Shown here piece after piece: positions 1 through 10,457 of a stretch of DNA of 64,000 bases. This stretch comes from a virus, in IMG/VR virus record IMGVR_UViG_3300007619_000129, positions 24,567-88,566 of that record. The stretch is one strand, 5' to 3'. The notes under the pieces are model-generated. The model was given only the letters and a program-made list of their open reading frames with translations, made no database searches and was not told where the DNA came from. Both the position numbers and the translations under genes were made by a program. The number at the start of each line of letters is the position of its first letter. Position 1 is the first letter of the stretch.

Positions 1-1010
1 TTTAGTGTAAAAGGTCCATTTAGATCTGGTCTTCCAAACTCCCCCAAAATAAATGGTCCTCTTGGGGGAATTGAATTTTTTTCACTGTTTGGACTAACAA
101 CTAAACTTAATAAAGAAACTAATGAAGCAGCAACAATTCTAAGAGAAACAATTAGAATTCCACTCAACGCAAGCATGCTTAAGGGAGCAAACCCATCAAA
201 AGGTTCTGCATAATTGTTCAATTGCCCCCATGATCCCATTCCCTTATTTTCTTTTAGATCTCCTTCTAGTCTTGATTTGCTAGGGGCTCCAAAAGCATTT
301 TCAGCATACATATCTTGTGAAGATAATTTTGTTGCTCCCAATTGTGCTTCTCCCGGAATAAGAGAGCCAACACCTGATACAAAGTCATCTGGATCTCCTT
401 CAAGAAAATTTCCAACAGCTTTTATTGCCATAGATTTGGAAACTTTGGACAATTGTTCAAATGTTATATCTTTTCCTTTAGGGTTATAAACACCAAGTTG
501 GTTTTGCTCAACTGCAACCACGTCAGGTGCTTCCCCTTCAGAAACATAGGGACTTTCACCTGATGGGTTAAATCTATTATTTGTCAAAACAGAAGATACT
601 GCTCTTTGAATCTTTCCCTTGGGAAGGGGGGCAGTATTTGAGCCGTTTTTATTTGTATTTCCTGAAATCTTTCGTAAAGTATCGTGACCATCCTTACCTT
701 TTTCAACAAAATCCGAAACTGAAGGCTTGAAAACTAACCCACTATCAGAAATACCATTTAAGTGGTGGTCATTAGGAGCAAATGATTCTTTGGCTCCATT
801 TTGTGGTTGTGAGAACGTATCTAATGTTGATTTTTTTGACCCTTCTTTGAGAACAAATCTATTATTTCCTTCTTTCGTTAAACAACTAAGATAATCCCCA
901 ATAGTTTTTTTAGTTGTTTCATGAAAATCATCTCCTTCTCTAAGAAGACCTTCAGGTCCACTACCCTCAAGAACAGCATCAACGCCGTTTATGTCAATAT
1001 CTCTAGCCAC
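1..1010 (-). CDS. Hypothetical virion/baseplate-region protein, 3'-truncated by the window edge
   Basis: Not in the ORF track because it has no stop in the window. GTG at 1010 overlaps the stop of the 78-aa ORF. The frame reads MARDIDINGVDAVLEGSGPEG... open to the window start. It lies downstream of the tape measure gene. Confidence 0.7.
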   Translation of the reverse strand, partial: MARDIDINGVDAVLEGSGPEGLLREGDDFHETTKKTIGDYLSCLTKEGNNRFVLKEGSKKSTLDTFSQPQNGAKESFAPNDHHLNGISDSGLVFKPSVSDFVEKGKDGHDTLRKISGNTNKNGSNTAPLPKGKIQRAVSSVLTNNRFNPSGESPYVSEGEAPDVVAVEQNQLGVYNPKGKDITFEQLSKVSKSMAIKAVGNFLEGDPDDFVSGVGSLIPGEAQLGATKLSSQDMYAENAFGAPSKSRLEGDLKENKGMGSWGQLNNYAEPFDGFAPLSMLALSGILIVSLRIVAASLVSLLSLVVSPNSEKNSIPPRGPFILGEFGRPDLNGPFTL

Positions 1011-1239
1011 CTCTCTTAATAAAATCTCCTAATGTCTTTTTTGAATATATTTTTTTCAATTCTTCTGAAACTCTGGCATTGCCAAGTGCAGTTGATAATG
1101 GATTTAATAATCCACTTTCTAAAGTTTCCATAAATCTTTTCATTTGCTCTTCTACTACTTCTCTTTCTTTTTCTGATAATCCCTCTATTATTTCTTTATA
1201 TTTGTTATCATTAAGTAGTTGTCTGTATAAATCTGTCAT
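1003..1239 (-). CDS. Hypothetical protein (78 aa, helical)
   Basis: ATGA overlap with the tape measure stop; tightly packed operon. Confidence 0.7.
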   Translation of the reverse strand: MTDLYRQLLNDNKYKEIIEGLSEKEREVVEEQMKRFMETLESGLLNPLSTALGNARVSEELKKIYSKKTLGDFIKRGG

Positions 1240-4200
1240 TTTTGCATCCTTGGCCCAGCAGCAACTCTACCAGTCTCTAAAGTAGCATCAGCTACCTTTT
1301 TTGCATCCATTGAAACATTAATATGAAAATGTTGATGAATTTGACCCTGTTTTATTGTAAACTCTTCAGTAGCACCCATCCCAAGCGCTTTTCCCAATTC
1401 TCTAAGCTTAACAGAAGCATTTAGCGCCTTTAAATTGCTCAATTGTTCTGAAACTTCATTGGCTATAGTCACCATATTCGTAATTCCTTTCACAACTGGA
1501 GCCTCTAGTGCAGATGCGTCACCAGCAAACACTGATACCTGTTGAGCAATACTATTAATCGTTGCCTCTACATCTCCTATTCTTTTTACTACTTTTTCTT
1601 TATTAAATTTTGCTCCCTCAATCGTTTTCATTGAATTGGAAATATCAGCAACCCTTTTTGCCTTATCGGACAATCCAGACCCTTCAGATCCAAACTCTTT
1701 CCCTTTTGCTACAGGTTTCTTTCCTAATGATTCTAAATTCTTTTTCTTTTCTTCTTCTCTTGCAATATTTTTAAGCTCACTATTAACGTCCATTAAAACA
1801 GTTCCGCGCTTCCTAAGCTCTTCATTTATTCTTTCTTCAATTTTTATACGATCTTCAGCACTTGCCTTTCCACCACGACCAAGCTTGATTCCTTCTCTCT
1901 CTACAATCTGTCTGCTTAATTCGGCTTTAAGCTGGTCTTGTTTGAATCGGACTGCTTGTAAGGCTATTTTTCTATCCTTTAAAGATAAATCAATGTTTGT
2001 ATTAAGAACACTTTGAATTCCACTCAATGCATCCTTTTCTTTACTTCTTAATGCATTAGACAATTCTTGATTTTTTACAATTGATGCTTGTTTTGAAATA
2101 AAATCAGGCATTCCAGCTTGCATTTTAGAAATGGCATCATTTACATTTTTTCTTAAATTTTCTGTTTGTCCAGTAATCCACCCAACCAACTTATCAATTT
2201 GCTTATCAAGCCCAGTTGCTTCAAGTAACCAAGAGGTTCCAAAATAAGCCGCCAACCCAACACCAATAGCCGATGCTATCGTAGCACCAAGAGTTCCCAA
2301 AATAGCTGTTAGTCCCCTAAATAATAATGACCCTATTGATTTACCTGCCATAAGAAATTTTCCACCAGTCTTTTTTGCTATACCAGAAAATGAATCAGTT
2401 ATTTTCTTAGCCATAGAAGAGTTTGTTATCTTTTTAAGAATCCCATCATTCATATTCTCTCCAACGACTTCTCCAATTTTTGATCCTGTTTTAGACTTTA
2501 AGACATGAGACCCTATTCCCAAAGCAACTTTTGACATCATGTGTATTCCTGAAGCTATGACAGCTTTTATAATAGATGGACCAAATAATATTAAAGATAT
2601 TATTTGTCCCACTTCATCAAAAGCAAGAAATTTCATTCCCTTCTTTATCAAGCCCCATATACCCTGATTGTCTGTTATCTCATTCCATTTTTTTATTGCG
2701 AACTTCTTAACCTTATTCCACAATATACCGAACAAAGTTTGTGTAGCATCAACAAGAGCACCCCAAGATTTTCCCAAAGCTTCTTTAATTGCATCAATAA
2801 GTTTTCCAACCATTGTTTTTGAACCATCTTTTGCCTCTCCAAAAATTTTCATAAAAGCATCTGTAAATGGTGCTGGATCTAATACAACTTTTGTTATTTT
2901 TTTTATCCAGAAAGTGAATTGATCCATTATTAGTCGTAATCCCTGTAACGCGATACTTCCGATCGCCTTAAATATCCTTTTAAATCCAGAAACTATCTTT
3001 CCTGCTGGAGTTGTTTCCTTTCCTATTAACATTTTGAATGATTTTCGTAAGTTTTCAAAGAACCTACCTAAAGCATTTGAAGCCAATTTTGGATCTCCAA
3101 GATCTGAAAATAGTTGTCTAAAGTCATTTACAAATTCTTGAAAAGGACCAATATTCATAAAGTCCCTTGAACCTTTCATGGTTGCAAAGAATTCTTTAAG
3201 TCCCTCTAAAGCAGTAGCAACACCAGGGAATAATTTTGCAAAAGCACGACCAACTCTTCGACCAGCCCTTTCGGCAGCCCATAAAGATCTTTTAATGTTT
3301 CTAATCATCTTCCAAAAGTCTCTAGTCCAAAAAAGACCTTTTCTAAATCCCATCATGAATCTTTGAAAAAACCCACCTTGTCTATTTCCTTGCTTTACTA
3401 ATCTCTCAATTGAATTAGTCAAACCTTTCAAAGCTTCAGCTTGACTTAATTGTGATTTTTCAGCATCCGCAGAAGCATTCTGCACTTCTTGATAACTTAA
3501 TGCTTGATTTTTGGCTGCAAATGTAGCTTCAAGAGAAGCTCCCTCTAATCCAGTAGTTTGTGCTAATAAATTTCTTTCTTGCCTTGTCATTCCTTCAATG
3601 CTTTTTCCAGCATCAAAAAATGACTTACGTAACATGTCAATTCTTTCTCCAGGATCTTGAGCTTTCATCATTTCAAAAGCATCAATATTGAGTCCAAATG
3701 ATTGAGCTAATTTTGCAGCACTTTCAGCTGCATCTTCAAAATTATCAAACTTATCAACAATGCCAAGAAGCTCTTTGAAATCTGCACCTAATTTTCTCGC
3801 AAAAACCGATAATGATGCCATTTGTTTGGTTCCAACACTTCCAAACGTTTTAAAATCTAAAACCATTTCCGATATGTCTCTAGCGATCACTTTTTGATCA
3901 ATTCCAAACCTCTTTCCCATTTGAAGAGATTGGTTTGCAACCATTCTTTGTGAATCAGCTAATGTTGTAAAATGTTTATTGGCAAATATAGCCATGGCGC
4001 CCATTGCCTCATTTGTCATTCCCAACCCCTTTTGGAATTGCAAAACAGCTTCAGCATTTCTATAAATTTCACCACTAAATTGGTGAGCCACTGCCCCCAT
4101 GTCCGTCATTAACTCTCTAACTAAATTTAGTCTTTCATATAAAAGACCAAAAACCCTATACGATCTAAGTCCAGTACCTTCAAGAGACCCCCTCAATTGT

Positions 4201-4814
4201 CGTGAAGCCCCAATTACATCCTTTGATACACCTGTTCGGAAATCACCAAATTGTTTTCTGATATCCTCAAACGCTTGCATTAGCTGCGTTCCGCCATGAA
4301 AAGAATTGGCAATATCTACAAGTCCATTAAATATTTTAATTGGTATAGCCAAAATAGCTTTACCAATACTAAAAACAGTACCAGCCAACTCTCCCGCAAG
4401 ACCAATAATTGTTTTAAGTGTTTTTCCAATAAATCCACCAGTCTCAAACATTCCAGAAGCAAACGCTCCCCACCCAACAGCTAAAGTGCTTGTCTCTCTA
4501 TTTGCTTGTTCTAATGACTCAACCCAATCAGAAATCGTACTAGTCTCAAAAGATTCTCTAATTTTTTCTTCTAATTCTTCGTGAAGATCTTTTTGCTCCT
4601 CAATCTTTTCAGTTCCTTCCTGTACCGATTTATTAAAGTCTCTCGTTTGTTTTGTAGAATCATCAGGAAAATTAATTTTAGAAATTGACTCCCTAATCCG
4701 TTCAGCCATATCAGATTGACTCTCAAGCTCTTTAGTTTGTTTTTCTAAAAGCTTTTGCCTTTCCCTCATTGCCTCATTAATCTGTTGCTGAAGCTTTAGA
4801 TTGTCTACTGCCAT
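1236..4814 (-). CDS. Tape measure protein
   Basis: 1192 aa with N-terminal coiled coil, Ala/Gly-rich amphipathic helices and a hydrophobic stretch (GLTAILGTLGATIASAIGVGLAAYFG). Lies downstream of sheath, tube and gp26/gp51-like genes. Confidence 0.8.
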   Translation of the reverse strand: MAVDNLKLQQQINEAMRERQKLLEKQTKELESQSDMAERIRESISKINFPDDSTKQTRDFNKSVQEGTEKIEEQKDLHEELEEKIRESFETSTISDWVESLEQANRETSTLAVGWGAFASGMFETGGFIGKTLKTIIGLAGELAGTVFSIGKAILAIPIKIFNGLVDIANSFHGGTQLMQAFEDIRKQFGDFRTGVSKDVIGASRQLRGSLEGTGLRSYRVFGLLYERLNLVRELMTDMGAVAHQFSGEIYRNAEAVLQFQKGLGMTNEAMGAMAIFANKHFTTLADSQRMVANQSLQMGKRFGIDQKVIARDISEMVLDFKTFGSVGTKQMASLSVFARKLGADFKELLGIVDKFDNFEDAAESAAKLAQSFGLNIDAFEMMKAQDPGERIDMLRKSFFDAGKSIEGMTRQERNLLAQTTGLEGASLEATFAAKNQALSYQEVQNASADAEKSQLSQAEALKGLTNSIERLVKQGNRQGGFFQRFMMGFRKGLFWTRDFWKMIRNIKRSLWAAERAGRRVGRAFAKLFPGVATALEGLKEFFATMKGSRDFMNIGPFQEFVNDFRQLFSDLGDPKLASNALGRFFENLRKSFKMLIGKETTPAGKIVSGFKRIFKAIGSIALQGLRLIMDQFTFWIKKITKVVLDPAPFTDAFMKIFGEAKDGSKTMVGKLIDAIKEALGKSWGALVDATQTLFGILWNKVKKFAIKKWNEITDNQGIWGLIKKGMKFLAFDEVGQIISLILFGPSIIKAVIASGIHMMSKVALGIGSHVLKSKTGSKIGEVVGENMNDGILKKITNSSMAKKITDSFSGIAKKTGGKFLMAGKSIGSLLFRGLTAILGTLGATIASAIGVGLAAYFGTSWLLEATGLDKQIDKLVGWITGQTENLRKNVNDAISKMQAGMPDFISKQASIVKNQELSNALRSKEKDALSGIQSVLNTNIDLSLKDRKIALQAVRFKQDQLKAELSRQIVEREGIKLGRGGKASAEDRIKIEERINEELRKRGTVLMDVNSELKNIAREEEKKKNLESLGKKPVAKGKEFGSEGSGLSDKAKRVADISNSMKTIEGAKFNKEKVVKRIGDVEATINSIAQQVSVFAGDASALEAPVVKGITNMVTIANEVSEQLSNLKALNASVKLRELGKALGMGATEEFTIKQGQIHQHFHINVSMDAKKVADATLETGRVAAGPRMQK

Positions 4815-4867
4815 CTATTATTACACTCGTCTGTTTACTGTTTATTATCTGTTAAAAATAAAAAATA

Positions 4868-5230
4868 TTACTTAAGGGGCCAGGGTATTCCAAGAACCCT
4901 TTCAAATTCTCTTCCCTTAAGTCTTGAAAGGTTTAGTAAATTCATTACACTTTTTACAGTTGCTCCAGGCTTTTTTAATTCATCCTGAAACCTTCTCGAG
5001 GATCTAAGAGCATTCGCAATAGCTGTAACTTCCTGTTGAGTACCACGAACTCTCAAGTTAGAGGCTTTACCCACCATCCAAGCAGCTAATCCACCTAAAA
5101 ATATCTTTCCTGTAGTGCTTAATTGAATTCCTTCTTCAATTAAATTGTTTTTTTTGTCTTTTTTAGATTCTTCTAAAGACTCTTTGCGATCCTCAACCAT
5201 TAAAAATGGAAATTCACTTGATATGGGCAT
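4868..5230 (-). CDS. Hypothetical protein (120 aa)
   Basis: AGGAG Shine-Dalgarno and an upstream ATATTTA motif; N-terminal L/I-x-E sites. Confidence 0.75.
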   Translation of the reverse strand: MPISSEFPFLMVEDRKESLEESKKDKKNNLIEEGIQLSTTGKIFLGGLAAWMVGKASNLRVRGTQQEVTAIANALRSSRRFQDELKKPGATVKSVMNLLNLSRLKGREFERVLGIPWPLK

Positions 5231-5263
5231 TATTGTTCTCCTACGAAATAAATATGCCTAATG

Positions 5264-5509
5264 TCAAAAGTTAATTTGCTTCATATTTTCATAAATGGGG
5301 TTATTTTTTGGTTTTTTGTCAGAATTTTCAGAATCGTTATCTTCTGGGTTGTTTTCGTCACTATTTTGTTTTTTTCTTTCTTTCGCTATTCTGTCCAAAA
5401 ACCATCTTCTCGCATTGATCGGCAATTTATAGGCTTCTGTATACGAAAAATGTCCATATTCCATTAATAAAAAAATTGGCTCCCAAAATATTTCTTTATT
5501 CGGTGGCAT
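5264..5509 (-). CDS. T4 gp51-like baseplate hub assembly / tail chaperone C-terminal module
   Basis: IFLLMEYGHFSYTEAYKLPINARRWFLDRI resembles the short helical gp51-type / GT-chaperone module. Overlaps the end of the gp26-like gene. Confidence 0.6.
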   Translation of the reverse strand: MPPNKEIFWEPIFLLMEYGHFSYTEAYKLPINARRWFLDRIAKERKKQNSDENNPEDNDSENSDKKPKNNPIYENMKQINF

Positions 5510-6347
5510 TTGGATAAAGAAAGTCGATGCCTAACGGCATCACAACCTCCTCTACATGAGTACATTCAGGACATTCAACTGATTGTTTCATATCAATACC
5601 TGGTTCATTATCTTGCATATATCTTCTAAGTGCAGAGGAATCCATAGCTCTCATTCTTCTTATCTTCTTTTCTAATTGTATTTTATTCTCAATGTTACCA
5701 ATTTTTACAATAGAATATCTCAATTTATCAGTTACATTTTCTTCTTTTCGGCTTTTTCCAAGGATTTTGCGCATTCTTTCTTTTGCTGTTGATATATCGT
5801 CCTGATCTTTAACTGTCAAAAATTTGAAAATAACCTTCTCTTTAGAAACAGGAAGTGTATATTCAAATAAATTTTTTCCTACCTCTACGGGACTTATTTT
5901 TAATCTTTTAAGTTCCAATTCGTCTAATCTGAAGGTATGTTCATATATCTCTCCACAAGAAGAACACTCAACTCTTCCAGGATACTCAGAACCATATCCA
6001 ATAATTCTCAAACCAACCAAAAGAGCATTATGATCTCCTGCAATTAAGTCAGCATGATTTACTGTTTTATCTAAAACACAAGAACTAACAAGCTCTTCTA
6101 ATACTGTTCCTCTTTTCATATATGCTGGATTAGTAAGAATGTTTTCTTCTTCTGCTGTCATAACTTTTACTGGGAGAGATTCTCTTTTGTGTAATGAAGT
6201 GCCAGATTCATATATAACACCATTTGATGGTAATGGAATGTCCTCATAAGGAATCTCTTCCTCTTCACTAGTCACTTTATTTACCGGAGGAGATCCGCCA
6301 AAAGCTACTGCATTTTTTTCTTGTCGTTCTTCATTTTCCATATACAA
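5496..6347 (-). CDS. T4 gp26-like baseplate hub assembly protein / tail assembly chaperone
   Basis: LPSNG..Y, MTAEEENIL, LRIIGYGSEY, two CxxC pairs (CSSC, CPEC), LPVSK..V.FKFLT..D, PGIDM. Lies between tube and tape measure. Confidence 0.75.
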   Translation of the reverse strand: MYMENEERQEKNAVAFGGSPPVNKVTSEEEEIPYEDIPLPSNGVIYESGTSLHKRESLPVKVMTAEEENILTNPAYMKRGTVLEELVSSCVLDKTVNHADLIAGDHNALLVGLRIIGYGSEYPGRVECSSCGEIYEHTFRLDELELKRLKISPVEVGKNLFEYTLPVSKEKVIFKFLTVKDQDDISTAKERMRKILGKSRKEENVTDKLRYSIVKIGNIENKIQLEKKIRRMRAMDSSALRRYMQDNEPGIDMKQSVECPECTHVEEVVMPLGIDFLYPNATE

Positions 6348-6463
6348 AAATCCTTATTAAACAATAAATTATAGACCTACTATACATTCTATAATATTGA
6401 ATATAATCTGTTAAATCTTTTACTTTAATGACTCAACAATTCTAACTATATCAAAAACAAAAA

Positions 6464-6841
6464 TTATGGAATTTCCCATTTTATATAAGATTCTTTCTCT
6501 GGTAGTACAATAATCCCCCTCACCATTCCATTTCCAACATCTTTCATATCAATACTTTCAGGGGATAATCCAATACGAGACCAAGCACCATCCAACAAAT
6601 TTTTAAGTCCTCTCAAAACGCTGTTTTTTATAGAGACCTCTCTTCTTCCTGGTAGATGAGCGTCTTTTCTTTGTATTATTATACTATATGTGGCTGGACC
6701 CATTTCTTCAAATTTATATATGCTCCAACCATATTCATCAATAGCTAAGCCAGATTCGTCAATAGCATTTGATATTTTTTCCTGTAAATTATTCTGTTCT
6801 TTTATAACAAACCTAACAATTTTTTTTAGCGTTTCTCTCAT
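6464..6841 (-). CDS. Hypothetical protein with amphipathic leader (MRETLKKIVRFVIKE)
   Basis: ORF track; TTATTTA motif 7 nt upstream of ATG. Confidence 0.65.
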   Translation of the reverse strand: MRETLKKIVRFVIKEQNNLQEKISNAIDESGLAIDEYGWSIYKFEEMGPATYSIIIQRKDAHLPGRREVSIKNSVLRGLKNLLDGAWSRIGLSPESIDMKDVGNGMVRGIIVLPEKESYIKWEIP

Positions 6842-6844
6842 CTT

Positions 6845-6883
6845 AAAATAAATAATCTCCTTAAATCAATTCAAGGAGATTAT
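6845..6883 (-). terminator. Rho-independent terminator after tail tube gene
   Basis: 11-bp inverted repeat ATAATCTCCTT (6852-6862) / AAGGAGATTAT (6873-6883), followed on the minus strand by TTATTTT. Confidence 0.65.
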
Positions 6884-6899
6884 AGAAACTAAAAATATA

Positions 6900-7388
6900 T
6901 TAATATTGCAAAATCCACTTATCGGCTTGGATAACTAAAGCAATATCTTGAGCATCACTCGATGAATAGTCTAAATCGTTGAAATTAGCATCTTCGACCC
7001 AAGCTCCCCTTCCGTCCCACAGTTCTACAACATTGCCCATTGGATCAAGCAATTTCATTTGAATATTTCTTTTATAAAAATCGGCATAACCATCTCGTCC
7101 CGATACTGCTTCGCTTGTCAACCTTAGCCATTCCATCAATTGTTGTGCTCCTGATGGTGAAATAGCATCATACATTGTTACTGATACTGTATCAAAACTC
7201 CTTTTTCCAGCGAGCCATCTTTTATCATTGATATAATCAATTGTTATTTTTTCATGAGTAATATGTGGCCTTGCTGCTGTTTTCATCAAATAAGCATCAA
7301 TTCCTTCAATTTGAAAAATCCATCGATATTTTCTTTTTGGCTCATATCGATTAGCCAACATATCAGTAACTCCAAGTGTTTCAACCAT
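6900..7388 (-). CDS. gp19: Tail tube protein (T4 gp19-like)
   Basis: 162 aa, EPKR..RW...I.GI..Y.....RP, LLDP.G.VVE.W...GAW......F..LDY. Directly downstream of the sheath genes. Confidence 0.9.
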   Translation of the reverse strand: MVETLGVTDMLANRYEPKRKYRWIFQIEGIDAYLMKTAARPHITHEKITIDYINDKRWLAGKRSFDTVSVTMYDAISPSGAQQLMEWLRLTSEAVSGRDGYADFYKRNIQMKLLDPMGNVVELWDGRGAWVEDANFNDLDYSSSDAQDIALVIQADKWILQY

Positions 7389-7413
7389 AATAAAAAACTC
7401 CGCTATTATTAAC

Positions 7414-7420
7414 TAACTAT
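7414..7420 (-). promoter_or_regulatory. Putative late promoter ATAGTTA (tail tube)
   Basis: Member of the nTAnTTA family recurring upstream of virion genes. Confidence 0.55.
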
Positions 7421-7450
7421 CATATAATATAAAATATTACCCAAACAAAC

Positions 7451-10417
7451 TTATTGAATTTCAGCTCCTTGATTATTTACAACAAAGTCTAATGAAATAA
7501 ACTCAAGAGATCTTACCGGTTTAAGTACGATTTGTCCCCTAATGACATTATTATCAACGTCAGCTTGTGTTGTTGTCTCCGTATTAATCAAAACTCTAAA
7601 TTTATCAATTCCGGCCTGTTCTTGAATTCTTCTCAAAATAGGTCTTACTTGATTTGAGAATCTTTCAAGAGTTTCTTCTCTATTTGGCTCAAATAAGAAA
7701 GTTCGCCCAACTTCTCGAACCTTTCTTCTAACGTCCAAAAGCATTCTTCTTACATTAACCTTCTCAAGACTATTAGCTTCTGATAGGAGAGTATTCTGTC
7801 CCCAAATTGTAACTCCTGGACCACCTGGAAAAGAAACTATTGGATTAATATCCGCACTTTGAAGATCGTCCAACTTATCTCTTTTCAAACTTACTGTTGC
7901 CCTTTCAACACTTGACAATACTCCACGAGAAAATCCGGCTGGAGCGAACCATGGGTGAGATAAAGCATCGTTCAGCGCCATTGCCCCAAGAGCCACAACA
8001 GATGGTGGAGCCTGTACTAATGCCCCACTGCTTGGATCGGTCATTACAACGTCTGGGAAATATGCAGCAGCAAAGCTTGAATCAAGACTTCTTGCCGAAT
8101 GTGCTGTTACAGTATTGTTGACCGAAACATCCTGTAAAGAAGAAGTAACAACCGTATTCACTGTATCTTTCTCTTCAACGTCCATTAGATACAAAGCATC
8201 AAAACGACCTTCAGCAGTTAAAATAGCTGAATCAGTTATTACATTATGTCTAATTCCCGGAATGGCCATAAGATTAATGTCAACATCAGAAGTCTCTTCA
8301 AGAACCTCAAGAGCCTTTTTATATGTTTTAACTGTTGGACCATTATTTTGTCCTCTATCTGAAAATGACATTTCTTCTATGATTGCCCTATTGGACATAT
8401 CTGATTCATTTTTGTTGAAGACATTAACTCCATCAAAACCACCCTGTAAAAATATACTAAATTTAGCAACAGTTCTAACTGCTGGAACCGACAAATCGGT
8501 TGAAACATCAAGACCCCTGGTTTTATTCGCTGCATTGGAAGAAATTCCTCCCTGTCTAACATAGGTCCATTGATCAATTGTCTTAACGTCAGCCTTAGTA
8601 TCAGAACCGGTTACAACCTGAACATTTTCAAGACTAAAAGAATTGTTATTAAAAAGATCGGAATCAAGAACAGTTCCATTTGAATCTGCTGTTCCAGCAT
8701 TATCCCCAACGTGAACATTCCTTAATGAGGTCATGAAGTTAGGAAAATATTTAGTATAACTTCTAATGGTTTCGTCAAGCTTTACACTACTATTTGGTTC
8801 AGTAAGAGATGTTTTCTGCTGAAATTGAACTCCCCAATAGAAATTTTTATTTACTACCTGTTTCGGTGAAACCCCAACAGTCAAATTCTCTCTAAGTGGG
8901 ATTGGATATTCCACTGTCTCCTTCAGTGGAGAAGCATCACCAGGAGCGGTCATTGGATCTGAACCTGATGTTACAAGATGCCTTGGCCCTCTGAACCCTA
9001 CTGGAAGTGATTCCTGATCAATATCCGCATTTACAACATCGTCCGGTAGTTTTACTCTAATTCTATTAGATTTATTTGGATAACTTCCTTCTTCTACTAG
9101 TTTTTGAGATCCTAATGCTTTATCAAAATCAAAATAGATATTTTTATCACCAATTATTTTGGCGATAAACCGATCAGATGATGGATTTAATGACAACCCT
9201 CTATATTGTTCAAGAACAACTTTTTCGTCATCATTATCACCAAAGTCTCTAACTACAACATCAAATTTTCCATATAAATCAGTATCAGATGTTGATGGAG
9301 TTACATTTTCAATAGAAACCTTCCACTTGTCGCTAGATACTGCCCCATCTGATCTGGAAACTAGTTTAAATAAATTTACAGTGGATCCACCAAACTTTTG
9401 TGAAGTAATCCAAGGAGTTTCAGCTGCTTGGAATCTATCTTCAAAATTTTCATAGTTAGGAACTGTAGTAGTTCCGGCATTTCTTCCAGCTGATCCTGTA
9501 GTCAAGAATGCAATTTGCTCTTTACTTTCGGATATTAGGTCAGAACTACCAGTTACACCAGCGATTCCTGTACCGGTTAATACCGCCTGTGAAGTGTGAA
9601 TATCATAATGGGTATATAGTAGATATCCAGCATCTTGTAATTTTAGCGGATCTTCATTCAAGATATTTGGGAAATAATTTGGTGCAGTAGTGTCAAAACT
9701 AGCTGTAATGACATTTGGATAGCTTGGATCAAGTTCTTTATGTCCATTTAGTAATAAAACAAATTCCTGCTTACCAGCACTAAGGTCTACTGTTCCTGTA
9801 ATGTGTCCTTTTCCACCACCTGCCACCGCTGCTGTAGAAGTACTTGGATCAGCTGAATCAACAAAACTTGAAGATAGCCTCAAAACTACCCCTGAAGCTG
9901 CCATTAAAACACCCCTTACAATTGGGTGTGGAGAATCAATGGCAATGCCTGCATCAGAAAAAACTGTAGAGCCAGCTGATTCCGACATATATGCACCAAG
10001 AAAATATGTTCGCCCAAGTGGACCATTTTCCACAGCATCTGTATTAGAACCAAAATTTCCAGAATCGTTTGGTTGCTCTTCCCCAACAACAAACCCAGCA
10101 CTTTCTACGCTTCCAATATTGTTGCCTGTTGTTAGTCTTTTTTCTCCCTTTCCAGCACCAAGAACTCGAAGATACGTTCCAGCAGTTGCGTTGCGTAACC
10201 ACTCAAACATTGCCAACATTCCGTCTTTAGCGTCTGTATCTCCAAATACTGAAACAAGATCCTGCACTGAACCAACAGTTACAGGAACAAATGCTGGACC
10301 CTGATTAGCAGTACCAATTACGCCCGCTGGGACCCCAACCGGATCTACATTAGATGGACCGCTCTGATCAATCTCTCTTACGCTTACCCCAGCACTTTGC
10401 AATTTTAATTCGACCAT
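7451..10417 (-). CDS. gp18: Tail sheath protein, paralogue 2 (988 aa)
   Basis: N-terminal S.GV...EID, G.IGTA.QGPAFVP. C-terminal PWFAPAGF.RG, INPIVSFP, WGQ.TL, VNVRR, EPN, P.RSLEFI.LDF. Confidence 0.92.
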   Translation of the reverse strand: MVELKLQSAGVSVREIDQSGPSNVDPVGVPAGVIGTANQGPAFVPVTVGSVQDLVSVFGDTDAKDGMLAMFEWLRNATAGTYLRVLGAGKGEKRLTTGNNIGSVESAGFVVGEEQPNDSGNFGSNTDAVENGPLGRTYFLGAYMSESAGSTVFSDAGIAIDSPHPIVRGVLMAASGVVLRLSSSFVDSADPSTSTAAVAGGGKGHITGTVDLSAGKQEFVLLLNGHKELDPSYPNVITASFDTTAPNYFPNILNEDPLKLQDAGYLLYTHYDIHTSQAVLTGTGIAGVTGSSDLISESKEQIAFLTTGSAGRNAGTTTVPNYENFEDRFQAAETPWITSQKFGGSTVNLFKLVSRSDGAVSSDKWKVSIENVTPSTSDTDLYGKFDVVVRDFGDNDDEKVVLEQYRGLSLNPSSDRFIAKIIGDKNIYFDFDKALGSQKLVEEGSYPNKSNRIRVKLPDDVVNADIDQESLPVGFRGPRHLVTSGSDPMTAPGDASPLKETVEYPIPLRENLTVGVSPKQVVNKNFYWGVQFQQKTSLTEPNSSVKLDETIRSYTKYFPNFMTSLRNVHVGDNAGTADSNGTVLDSDLFNNNSFSLENVQVVTGSDTKADVKTIDQWTYVRQGGISSNAANKTRGLDVSTDLSVPAVRTVAKFSIFLQGGFDGVNVFNKNESDMSNRAIIEEMSFSDRGQNNGPTVKTYKKALEVLEETSDVDINLMAIPGIRHNVITDSAILTAEGRFDALYLMDVEEKDTVNTVVTSSLQDVSVNNTVTAHSARSLDSSFAAAYFPDVVMTDPSSGALVQAPPSVVALGAMALNDALSHPWFAPAGFSRGVLSSVERATVSLKRDKLDDLQSADINPIVSFPGGPGVTIWGQNTLLSEANSLEKVNVRRMLLDVRRKVREVGRTFLFEPNREETLERFSNQVRPILRRIQEQAGIDKFRVLINTETTTQADVDNNVIRGQIVLKPVRSLEFISLDFVVNNQGAEIQ

Positions 10418-10436
10418 TCTTGTCTCCTATTACTCA

Positions 10437-10443
10437 TAAATAT
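10437..10443 (-). promoter_or_regulatory. Putative late promoter ATATTTA (sheath 2)
   Basis: Same family; upstream of AGGAG Shine-Dalgarno. Confidence 0.55.
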
Positions 10444-10457
10444 AACAATCTCTAAAT

